IMG/VR virus record: IMGVR_UViG_3300045988_179268
Coordinates: 96,001 to 160,000 of that record
Length of the DNA: 64,000 nucleotides
DNA from: a virus
Direction: 5' to 3' (one strand)
The notes beneath the pieces are model-generated. The model had not been told where the DNA came from. It made no database searches and saw nothing but the letters and a program-made list of their open reading frames with translations. Made by a program: the position numbers and the translations under genes. Positions 56,708 through 63,811 of the stretch are shown piece after piece. Within the stretch, counting starts at the first letter, position 1; each line of letters opens with the position of its first letter.

Positions 56708-57136
56708 ATGGCACAGGTTATCAACATCATCAACTTCATGGGCCGCCAGCTTCTTGAAGAGGTCGAGGAAGGTCGCTTCAAGCTTGGTGAAATGACTGAG
56801 CTTAACCGTCAGGCAACCCTCAATGCACTTACTGAGAACGAAATTGCTAAGGTTGAGGCGATTGAGGAAAATGAAGATGGCACCTTCCTGCTGGCTCTGG
56901 AAGGGCGAGAGATTAGCGCGTTGATGGGCAACTACTTTGCAGACTATGGACCCCTAGTTGCAACCATCAGGGAGCCTAGTAACTTCCTCTTTAAGGCTAA
57001 TGACTATCTTCTCTTCGCTACCGTAAAGGCTGACGGTGAGCTTGCCGATAAGTTCCGGGAGATGGTAGAAAGCGATTGGTCTTACTCAACCTACGTGGAT
57101 GAGTTCGACGACCGGGAGGGCACCCTTACCATCTAA
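56708..57136 (+). CDS. small acidic protein
   Basis: 142 aa. RBS GAAAGG. E/D-rich. Confidence 0.6.
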   Translation: MAQVINIINFMGRQLLEEVEEGRFKLGEMTELNRQATLNALTENEIAKVEAIEENEDGTFLLALEGREISALMGNYFADYGPLVATIREPSNFLFKANDYLLFATVKADGELADKFREMVESDWSYSTYVDEFDDREGTLTI

Positions 57137-57145
57137 CGACATGCT

Positions 57146-57178
57146 GAAAGCCCCTCAGTAATAAGCTGAGGGGCTTTC
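57146..57178 (+). terminator. rho-independent terminator
   Basis: gaaagcccctcag / ctgaggggctttc. Confidence 0.8.
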
Positions 57179-57230
57179 TCTATTCCTTAAAGGTGTGACA
57201 GATTCCGTTTCGGGTGTATGACGCTAAATC

Positions 57231-57241
57231 TGTGATAGAAT
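57231..57241 (+). promoter_or_regulatory. extended -10 promoter (tgTGaTAGAAT)
   Basis: aatctgtgatagaatata. Confidence 0.5.
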
Positions 57242-57307
57242 ATATGTGTAGGGCAAGCAGATTGGAAACCTGATGTCCATTTAAACCCACTGAAAGGATT
57301 GTTAATC

Positions 57308-57700
57308 ATGGCAACCCCGTTCCTAACCTTTGCAAACGAACAGAATTTGACTATCGAGTTCATGTTCGACTCTTGGGAGAAACTTCGTTACGTTGCGGAA
57401 AATAAGCCGCCGGTCTTACTCAAAGGTTATATGCACACTGAATCGGAAGACCACGGCGGCGGATTCGTAAGCCATATCGCCACAATCGACCCCGACGTTG
57501 CATTTATTACCGGCGACAACAAAGTTAGCTACGGCACTGCCGTAAAGAAGAAGACTAATCATTTCATGATGCACCTTTTAGCCGGTGGCTCAGCCGCAAA
57601 GCTCTACATTAAGGATTACACCATTGAAGTGGACGAAGAAGAGGGCGGTATTACACTAAGGTTCACTGAGCTTTTCCAGGAAAACCCTTACGAGTGCTAG
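57308..57700 (+). CDS. small hypothetical protein
   Basis: ATG 57308 follows GAAAGG + 10 nt. 130 aa. Confidence 0.6.
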   Translation: MATPFLTFANEQNLTIEFMFDSWEKLRYVAENKPPVLLKGYMHTESEDHGGGFVSHIATIDPDVAFITGDNKVSYGTAVKKKTNHFMMHLLAGGSAAKLYIKDYTIEVDEEEGGITLRFTELFQENPYEC

Positions 57701-57759
57701 ATTGATAGTAATATAGGTTCAGCTTGTGGGTTTTATGGCAATTAGCGGGATGTGTAGCA

Positions 57760-57939
57760 ATGCGGAAGAAGTACGTTATAGCTTCCCTGTCGGTATTCTT
57801 ACTCGCTGGCGCTTATTCTGGGCTATGGGTTGCAAGCGTTTCTGACGGATATGTTCGCCTGTGGTGGTTCGCTCTTTCGGTAGTAATGGGGAGTATTGGC
57901 GGTATATTTTCCGTGTGGTCAGATTCTCTACGCAGGTAG
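57760..57939 (+). CDS. small membrane protein (59 aa)
   Basis: MRKKYVIASLSVFLLAGAYSGLWV...WWFALSVVMGSIGGIF. The tracked start 57724 is less likely. Confidence 0.45.
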   Translation: MRKKYVIASLSVFLLAGAYSGLWVASVSDGYVRLWWFALSVVMGSIGGIFSVWSDSLRR

Positions 57940-58022
57940 TTGGCTTACTTGCGCAACGGTCACCATAAAAGGCATCTACTTTCGATGTAGTAGATGCCCT
58001 TGCCTGCATTTTGGAGTTAATT

Positions 58023-58223
58023 ATGATGTTCTTAAAAGCTGTCGTAGCTGTCATTCCATTCATCATTTCGGTGTTTATGGGGATAGGCGGTGCCCTCATC
58101 ATTGAGGAATGCCAGGACAAGGGCAAACCTGGTTCACCTTTGGGGCATATGCTTATAGCGGTGGGCATGATTGGCGTTGTAGTAACACCCGCGTTAGCTA
58201 TCCTATGGTTGCGACATTACTGA
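58023..58223 (+). CDS. small membrane protein (66 aa)
   Basis: ATG after GGAG. Two TM helices flank EECQDKGKPGSP. Confidence 0.45.
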   Translation: MMFLKAVVAVIPFIISVFMGIGGALIIEECQDKGKPGSPLGHMLIAVGMIGVVVTPALAILWLRHY

Positions 58224-58323
58224 GTGTGCGACTACGCAGGCGGCGCATCTGGCTACACACCCTGACCTAACTACCTTACAGTGATGCGGCACATACCGCT
58301 TTAATAATTCCCCCGTTATCGCT

Positions 58324-58334
58324 AGTGGTAGAAT
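58324..58334 (+). promoter_or_regulatory. extended -10 promoter (TGgTAGAAT)
   Basis: agtggtagaat lies 67 nt before ATG 58401. Confidence 0.45.
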
Positions 58335-58400
58335 GGTAGAGATACTATCTGTTCTTGTGGCGCGCAACGTCACACGCAAACTCTCTACAGGAAGGTTCTC

Positions 58401-59264
58401 ATGATTGCCCCATACACGTTCTTAATTCCGCTAGTTGTCGGCGGTATTGGTATCCTCGCCTCAGTCTGGCTATTTAAGACGTTTGTCAGTAATGATGCTG
58501 ACGGCGGCGATTCTCGCCACTGGTGGATGAATTGCACCCATGTAGGTGTCTGGGTCGTACTGCTACTGTCCCTGCTGATTGTTGGTGTGGTAACCAAGCC
58601 TGGAGAGGCGGCATTCGGGAACCTGCTGACTGGTTGGGGTGTTGGAGGGTTTATCGCCCTTGTCGTTAGCGTGCTTCTCCTGATGCTATTTGATGCTTTC
58701 GATGAGGATGACGGGTTGTGGGCTGGTCGTGTGCTTCGCACCTGGTCTACCGTAGGTCTGCTTCTCCTGACGCAAGGCTTGTGGAGTGCTAGTGCTTCAC
58801 CGTCCAGGTTTGGTTCAAACCCGGTGTCGCTAGAGTATGCGGTTGCCGCCGATGGCTCCAAAACATCTGTGGTGTCTGAAAAATATCAGCTAGTGAAAGG
58901 TGAATCTGAGACGTGGGTTTCTGTAGGTAAAGAAGACCGTGGTAGTAAAGAACCTGTTCAGGTATATTCATGGGTTGAGGCTCGTGAACTATCCTCCTCA
59001 GGCGAGGTGCTGGTTGCCTCTAAGGTAATCTATAAGTCGGATGAGGATGAGGTTGCCGTGATTGATGATGTCCCAGCAAACGGCAAAGCCTGGGTTGAGT
59101 ACAGAGACATGTTCTACCTCGCCCCCGCCGGTCTCCTAGATTCTTCCCGCCCAGACCCCCTACAGGGTAAGCTGTGCGTACAGGGTCGAGATAGCGGATG
59201 CGCGGTGAACGCGAAGCCCGCATACAAGAAGATTATGATTCACGTACCAATGGGCGGAAAGTAG
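58401..59264 (+). CDS. membrane protein with C-terminal extracytoplasmic domain
   Basis: 287 aa. 4 N-terminal TM helices, then a soluble beta-rich domain. RBS AGGAAGG. Confidence 0.6.
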   Translation: MIAPYTFLIPLVVGGIGILASVWLFKTFVSNDADGGDSRHWWMNCTHVGVWVVLLLSLLIVGVVTKPGEAAFGNLLTGWGVGGFIALVVSVLLLMLFDAFDEDDGLWAGRVLRTWSTVGLLLLTQGLWSASASPSRFGSNPVSLEYAVAADGSKTSVVSEKYQLVKGESETWVSVGKEDRGSKEPVQVYSWVEARELSSSGEVLVASKVIYKSDEDEVAVIDDVPANGKAWVEYRDMFYLAPAGLLDSSRPDPLQGKLCVQGRDSGCAVNAKPAYKKIMIHVPMGGK

Positions 59265-59363
59265 GGCACTATGGCTAACTTCTTTGTAGGTCTGTTTCTA
59301 CTATTGGTTTTATTGTTCTTCTGATCGCGGACTTTTTGGCTCATTGTTGCCTGGTTCGCAGGA

Positions 59364-59561
59364 ATGTTCTTATGGGTAAGCGCCTTTGGTTATGCCCTAT
59401 CCTTAATGTTTAGTGATTCATCGGCAACCCCGTATGTGTGGGGCGCTATCCTGGGCATACCCCTGTGGTGTATCGGCAGTCTCTTCTACTCGACATTTGA
59501 GTTTTGCGGGGAAAGCCGTGATTCGCAGTGGGAACCACATTACCCACGTTATAGGCGTTGA
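59364..59561 (+). CDS. small membrane protein (65 aa)
   Basis: Two hydrophobic helices. Weak RBS. Confidence 0.4.
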   Translation: MFLWVSAFGYALSLMFSDSSATPYVWGAILGIPLWCIGSLFYSTFEFCGESRDSQWEPHYPRYRR

Positions 59562-59598
59562 GCTGTCGTATGGCTATTCGTTGCTTGGAAAGGTGTAA

Positions 59599-59913
59599 GT
59601 GTTGCCTGATTCACATTTTATACTTAGTGTATTGGCGTTCATCGTGATTGCTTGGGTCTGGAGCACGCTCTGGTTCTCACCCTTTAAAAAAGGTTGGCGC
59701 GGCTTCGTTGAGTGCGCTGGTTGGTCCGGGTTTGCGGCAATGTTCCTGAGCCTCTTTATGCTTTTTGCGGCGCAGATGATAAATCGCCCCATCCGTGATG
59801 GCGAGTTTCTGACTGTAGCTCTGATTGAACTAGTGGTGTTCGTCATATCCACCGTGTGCATATGTATCCCCGATTGGTTGCCTGCCGGTAATGATGTGAA
59901 CGATGCAGAATAG
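59599..59913 (+). CDS. small membrane protein (104 aa)
   Basis: GTG start after GGAAAGG. 3 TM helices. Confidence 0.5.
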   Translation: MLPDSHFILSVLAFIVIAWVWSTLWFSPFKKGWRGFVECAGWSGFAAMFLSLFMLFAAQMINRPIRDGEFLTVALIELVVFVISTVCICIPDWLPAGNDVNDAE

Positions 59914-59975
59914 CGGTATGATAGAAAGCGTAGGGTAACTCTACCTCACTATCTCATTCCATTTAGGAGGCACAT

Positions 59976-60095
59976 ATGGCTTACAATGCTTCACGCGGTT
60001 TCTTGCGTTCTTTCGGAATTTCCACGGCAGGTTATTTTATGGGGTTCGCTTTGGCTGACCTAATTTTCACCTTTATCTCTAGAGGTGGCTTCTAG
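59976..60095 (+). CDS. 39-aa small membrane protein (below track cutoff)
   Basis: ATG 6 nt after AGGAGG. MAYNASRGFLRSFGISTAGYFMGFALADLIFTFISRGGF. Confidence 0.4.
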   Translation: MAYNASRGFLRSFGISTAGYFMGFALADLIFTFISRGGF

Positions 60096-60148
60096 AGGTA
60101 CGAAATAGCCCTGCTGACCAGTGAGTAATTACTGCTCGATACAAGCAC

Positions 60149-60192
60149 GTATTGAATGAAGAGCCTTCTAAGTGTAGAAATGCAGTTAGAAG
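60149..60192 (+). terminator. rho-independent terminator
   Basis: aagagccttctaa / ttagaaggctctt, then tgtgt. Confidence 0.8.
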
Positions 60193-60279
60193 GCTCTTTG
60201 TGTACCTGCCGCTACAGCTGTCCGCGCTTCAACACTGCGTTTCAGTAAGAGCATTAATCCCATAAGCAACCCTGAAATA

Positions 60280-60290
60280 TGTGGTAAACT
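60280..60290 (+). promoter_or_regulatory. extended -10 promoter (tgTGgTAAACT)
   Basis: atatgtggtaaact. Confidence 0.5.
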
Positions 60291-60346
60291 ATGAATAGTC
60301 AATAAGTCCTGTGTTCACAATGACCACCTATAGAAAGGTTGCAAAT

Positions 60347-61120
60347 ATGCCTGTTTCTCCCCGCGATATTATTTATATTCACTCTCCCTTTTACGTTCAC
60401 GCCGTAAAGTCGGAAAAGAATCTTGACGGTGAATTTCTCACCGTGTCCGGTGTAGAATATGATGGCGAATATTGGAGGGACTTTCCGGTTCAGGAAGGCA
60501 ATTATGTCACCCTGGCAGAAAATGCCTCTGAGTGTGATGTTTGCAAGTGGTTTGACTATGCGCACCGCCTCCACAGCATCACCCGCGCTATCTTCGTTCC
60601 CCGCGAAGATGAGGGGGCGGCTTACCGTAACTACTGCCAGAACAGCGATATACCTCGATACCATCTGTGTTTGTCGCTGACTGACCGTAACCCCGCCAAT
60701 ACCGTCTCTAAACTCTTGCTTGATGCTAAGGATGCTCTTGCTGAGGCGCGCGATTGGGTACTGAAAAAGCGCCGCGAGTGTCTAGATGTTTTTGCTGAGC
60801 GCTACGCTGATTATCAGAAAGAACCCTCTGATGAGCCTCTTAATGAGGTGTTAGGTAGTGTCTATGCTGAAATGTTCAGCTTCGGGGGAGGTAAGCCTCT
60901 ATGCCTCCCCTCCCCGGCTGAGGGATACGTTATCTATGGCAAGACCTATGACGAATGCGCCGCCCGGTTGATGGAGGTCACCTTCGAAATGATGTTCGAT
61001 ATTAGTAAGAGCATTAGCTATATCGAGTGGGTGCATAGTGAGCTTGATTCCCTCTATAATGAACTGGCGCGTAAGTTCGACCCTGCCTGCTGGGAAGTAG
61101 TAGAGAAGCTTTCCATCTAA
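60347..61120 (+). CDS. family-1 paralog (short form)
   Basis: ATG 60347 follows GAAAGG + 8 nt. Aligns end to end with 46831..47916, apart from a ~130-aa insert present in the latter. Confidence 0.65.
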   Translation: MPVSPRDIIYIHSPFYVHAVKSEKNLDGEFLTVSGVEYDGEYWRDFPVQEGNYVTLAENASECDVCKWFDYAHRLHSITRAIFVPREDEGAAYRNYCQNSDIPRYHLCLSLTDRNPANTVSKLLLDAKDALAEARDWVLKKRRECLDVFAERYADYQKEPSDEPLNEVLGSVYAEMFSFGGGKPLCLPSPAEGYVIYGKTYDECAARLMEVTFEMMFDISKSISYIEWVHSELDSLYNELARKFDPACWEVVEKLSI

Positions 61121-61125
61121 TAATC

Positions 61126-61166
61126 GCGTTGCCTCTTAGCCATATGCTTTAGCTGAGGGGCAACGC
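61126..61166 (+). terminator. hairpin terminator
   Basis: gcgttgcctcttagc / gctgaggggcaacgc (one mismatch, one G-U). Confidence 0.65.
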
Positions 61167-61189
61167 AATGTTTAGATGACGGTGTTGAT

Positions 61190-61438
61190 ATGGATTTTTA
61201 TTTTGCTGAGTTAGGGAACGTACTCCTTGCTGTGCTGGTTGTGGTTGCACTCGCGATACACAGCATCCTCTTTCTGGTAGGATTTGCTACTATTATCGCT
61301 CTGTCTTGCCGTGTGGCAAATTTTATCCTTGTAGACCTTTCACCTGGTAAGCGTAAGCTGGCTTTGACGGCGCTTATTACCGTCGATATTGTTTTAGTTA
61401 TTGCCGCGATAGCGGCGACAGTATCCCTAATGCGTTGA
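61190..61438 (+). CDS. small membrane protein (82 aa)
   Basis: 3 hydrophobic helices. Confidence 0.5.
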   Translation: MDFYFAELGNVLLAVLVVVALAIHSILFLVGFATIIALSCRVANFILVDLSPGKRKLALTALITVDIVLVIAAIAATVSLMR

Positions 61439-61485
61439 GGCGTATCCCTGCTGTACGTCAAGCTTAATTTGTTAGGTAGTGTTTT

Positions 61486-61731
61486 ATGACTCCTTATGCT
61501 TCCTATGTCGCAATGGCTATTATGAACTCTTTGTCACTTGCGATTAATGGCTTTCTCATTGGTTTTGCAGGGTATATTTTAGTTGTGCGTTTTTCAAGTA
61601 GTGTGACTAAGGTGCTTGGATGCTTGCTTATGGTTGGCGGGTTCATTGTGACTCTTCTGGGTATCTTTTTGACGCTTTCGCCGCATGTACCGGAAAGTTC
61701 AACGTTTACAATTTCTGGTTATAGCAAGTAG
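61486..61731 (+). CDS. small membrane protein (81 aa)
   Basis: 3 hydrophobic helices. Confidence 0.5.
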   Translation: MTPYASYVAMAIMNSLSLAINGFLIGFAGYILVVRFSSSVTKVLGCLLMVGGFIVTLLGIFLTLSPHVPESSTFTISGYSK

Positions 61732-61757
61732 TTACAATTTGCGTACTGTCTAAAATA

Positions 61758-61768
61758 TGTGCTACACT
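61758..61768 (+). promoter_or_regulatory. extended -10 promoter (tgTGcTACACT)
   Basis: atgtgctacact lies 75 nt before ATG 61843. Confidence 0.5.
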
Positions 61769-61842
61769 GTAAATGTAGCGAGGAAGAAGGCTTCTAGAAA
61801 AGCTACAGACCATCCACTGCTTACCGAAAGGCTATCTCCATC

Positions 61843-62232
61843 ATGTGTGAATCCATTCTCAACTTCCAGGGCGAAACCCAGACCTTCAAGGCATACATCG
61901 ACCCCATCGACAGCTTCACCGCCGACAGCCTTGCAGGAACCCTTAACGAGAAGGCACGCACCATCTCCATTGCTTGCGGTGAAGGTGACACGGAGGCAAC
62001 CCTCTACTTCTTTGATGAAGACCAGCGCGCAATCGAAGTTGAGGACGAAGACGGCAACATTTCGACCGTAACCGCAACCGTAGACTTGAGCCGCCTCGAA
62101 TACGACGACAAGCTCATCCTACAGCTCATGGGCGCGCGTGACTTGCTGGGCGAACAGGTGTCCATCTTCCAGGGCATTAACTTTATTGATGTGTCCATTG
62201 AGGAGGCTGTGTCTAACCAGCTTGGAATCTAG
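61843..62232 (+). CDS. small acidic protein
   Basis: 129 aa. RBS GAAAGG. D/E-rich (..YFFDEDQRAIEVEDEDGN..). Confidence 0.6.
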   Translation: MCESILNFQGETQTFKAYIDPIDSFTADSLAGTLNEKARTISIACGEGDTEATLYFFDEDQRAIEVEDEDGNISTVTATVDLSRLEYDDKLILQLMGARDLLGEQVSIFQGINFIDVSIEEAVSNQLGI

Positions 62233-62252
62233 CTAACACCCGGAGAGGTGGT

Positions 62253-62282
62253 CGCCCGCGTATCGCCAAGGACACGCGGGCG
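62253..62282 (+). terminator. GC-rich hairpin after 61843..62232
   Basis: cgcccgcgt / acgcgggcg. No U-tract. Confidence 0.5.
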
Positions 62283-62706
62283 GTTCCATACCCAATACAT
62301 CCCAGCAATATGCGGGGCAACTATCTGGTGCCACCATCATTAATTAGGACAAGTTGCTTTTCTATCGGCGTGAAGACATGATGCTCCCTATATTCTTCTT
62401 CCAGATGATAACCCCTTAGTGGATGAGGTCTATACCCCATCTCAGTAAGGGGTTATCTCTATACCGATGTCCCCCGCTAGTCGTTGGCGCGGCTATTGCC
62501 AGGCTGGGTCTGTCTCTAAGGGCGTCCTCACTGAATGATGCGCGCCCTTAAGATTCTCCCCTGAGAGATTGAAGATACTCTCAACAATGAAGCACTGATT
62601 GTCGAGAGTATCGGTGTCACCAAGAAACTTTCCCAGTCCCTTAAGCTGGTTGCCGAATAAGGCTTTCATTGCATCAAGAAGAGCCGCCCATCAGTAAGAG
62701 ATATTG

Positions 62707-62712
62707 TACAAT
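62707..62712 (+). promoter_or_regulatory. -10 hexamer TACAAT upstream of structured-RNA copy 1
   Basis: ttgTACAAT ends 10 nt before the conserved acctcgcc, the same spacing as in copy 2. Confidence 0.4.
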
Positions 62713-62721
62713 ATAAATAAC

Positions 62722-62911
62722 ACCTCGCCTGTGAGAGATGGGAGAGGTGTTGAATCTAAACGGATAGGTGACTCTGGTTGCCTGTCAAGACCAGGATAGC
62801 TGGCTCAGGTCGGCTTGAGGGTCACCGTTAGGGAGAATCCCTGACCCACCCAGACATGGAAGAGTAGATATATTATCATGTCTTCTCTTGCGTGTTTTGA
62901 GGTGGCTCTAC
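62722..62911 (+). ncRNA. putative structured RNA, copy 1 (~190 nt; family not recognised)
   Basis: No ORF. Conserved blocks shared with 63545-63752. Hairpins supported by compensatory changes between the copies. Confidence 0.5.
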
Positions 62912-63061
62912 GAAAAAATTGTGTTGCACGTACCTGCTGGAACCACAAAGTAAAAGGTGCCCTGCTGATATTTATCCTCTAACCGTGGGCGCGTATCGTA
63001 GATAGTGTGGCTAAAGCCGCTCAGGTTTGCGAGGGCTGGCAGTTGTGCCACCTATTAAAGT

Positions 63062-63072
63062 TGTGATAGAAT
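63062..63072 (+). promoter_or_regulatory. extended -10 promoter (tgTGaTAGAAT)
   Basis: gttgtgatagaat matches the consensus. Confidence 0.45.
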
Positions 63073-63078
63073 GGATTT

Positions 63079-63184
63079 GTCCTCCTTAAGGGGTGGATGT
63101 CATTGTGGATGGGGCTCCCCGGCAATTCACTATGTGACCTGCGGATGTTTGGTCATATGGCGGCTTGCCGGGGTGTTTCTTTAT
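63079..63184 (+). ncRNA. candidate ~105-nt sRNA with 5' CCUCC motif
   Basis: Promoter at 63062. Terminator ccccggcaa / ttgccgggg (63117-63173) plus tgtttcttt. The 5' region reads tgtcctccttaagggg. Confidence 0.3.
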
Positions 63185-63526
63185 GCTCGGCAATATCTTT
63201 ATTACATAACGGTTGCCTGCATTATAATTGCTATGGGTGACGGAATGGTTTCCTTGGTTGATGTGGGCGTGTCGCTTGCAAAATTACACGTTGCTGTGTT
63301 ATATTTAGAAATGACTGCCTCCTGTTGGCAATTCTTTCTTTCTGGGTGACCCCAAGTTTCATTATGCGGATTCTGCTTACTCGCGTAATGGGGCTTGGGG
63401 TTTCTTCTTTGTAGGCATCTCCCTTATAGACAATATGGCATTAGGTTCGAAACCCCTGCCTGGGCAAGCGGGCGACCCCCTTATTTGCGCCGCCTGCATC
63501 CCTAACTCGCAGATAGTTAAAAGATA

Positions 63527-63535
63527 TGGTATAAT
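63527..63535 (+). promoter_or_regulatory. extended -10 promoter (TGgTATAAT) upstream of structured-RNA copy 2
   Basis: tatggtataat ends 10 nt before acctcgcc. Confidence 0.55.
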
Positions 63536-63544
63536 CCAAGTATT

Positions 63545-63752
63545 ACCTCGCCTGTGAGAGACGGGAGAGGTCGTTAAAATAAACGGACACTACTAAGCTC
63601 AGATGGGTTACGGTGGTGTCAAGACCAGGAGGGCTGACCCTTTGTTGGGTTGGCTTGAGGGTTACCGTCAGGGAGAATCCCTGACCCACCCAGCCGTTGG
63701 GAGAGTAGGCATACCATCATGCCTTTTCTCGCGTGTTTTGAGGTGGCTCTAC
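63545..63752 (+). ncRNA. putative structured RNA, copy 2 (~208 nt)
   Basis: Same conserved 5' end (acctcgcctgtgagaga), core (gtcaagaccagga; ggcttgagggt.accgt.agggagaatccctgacccacccag) and 3' end (gcgtgttttgaggtggctctac) as copy 1. Confidence 0.5.
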
Positions 63753-63780
63753 TTTGAGAGCATCTAGCCCCTAGTTACGT

Positions 63781-63811
63781 AAACCCCCTACAGGAAGCCC
63801 ATAGGGGGTTT
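63781..63811 (+). terminator. rho-independent terminator
   Basis: aaacccccta / tagggggttt, a 10-bp perfect stem. Confidence 0.75.

Noticed and set aside
63071-63349. Tracked 92-aa ORF at 63071-63349.
   Set aside because: Its ATG lies inside the -10 box of a consensus promoter, there is no RBS, it reads through a terminator hairpin (63117-63173), and its product is implausibly Cys-rich.
63436-63470. tRNA-like ggttcgaaacc (T-loop-like) sequence.
   Set aside because: The flanking sequence does not form a 5-bp T-stem, an acceptor stem or an anticodon arm. No cloverleaf can be drawn.
62722-63752. Assigning the twin RNAs to a known riboswitch class (cobalamin, FMN, TPP or ydaO-like impressions from gggagaatccc, ctgagag and agaccagg).
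   Set aside because: The order and spacing of the motifs do not match those consensus architectures as I remember them. There are also no downstream genes to regulate. Left as an unclassified RNA pending an Infernal search.
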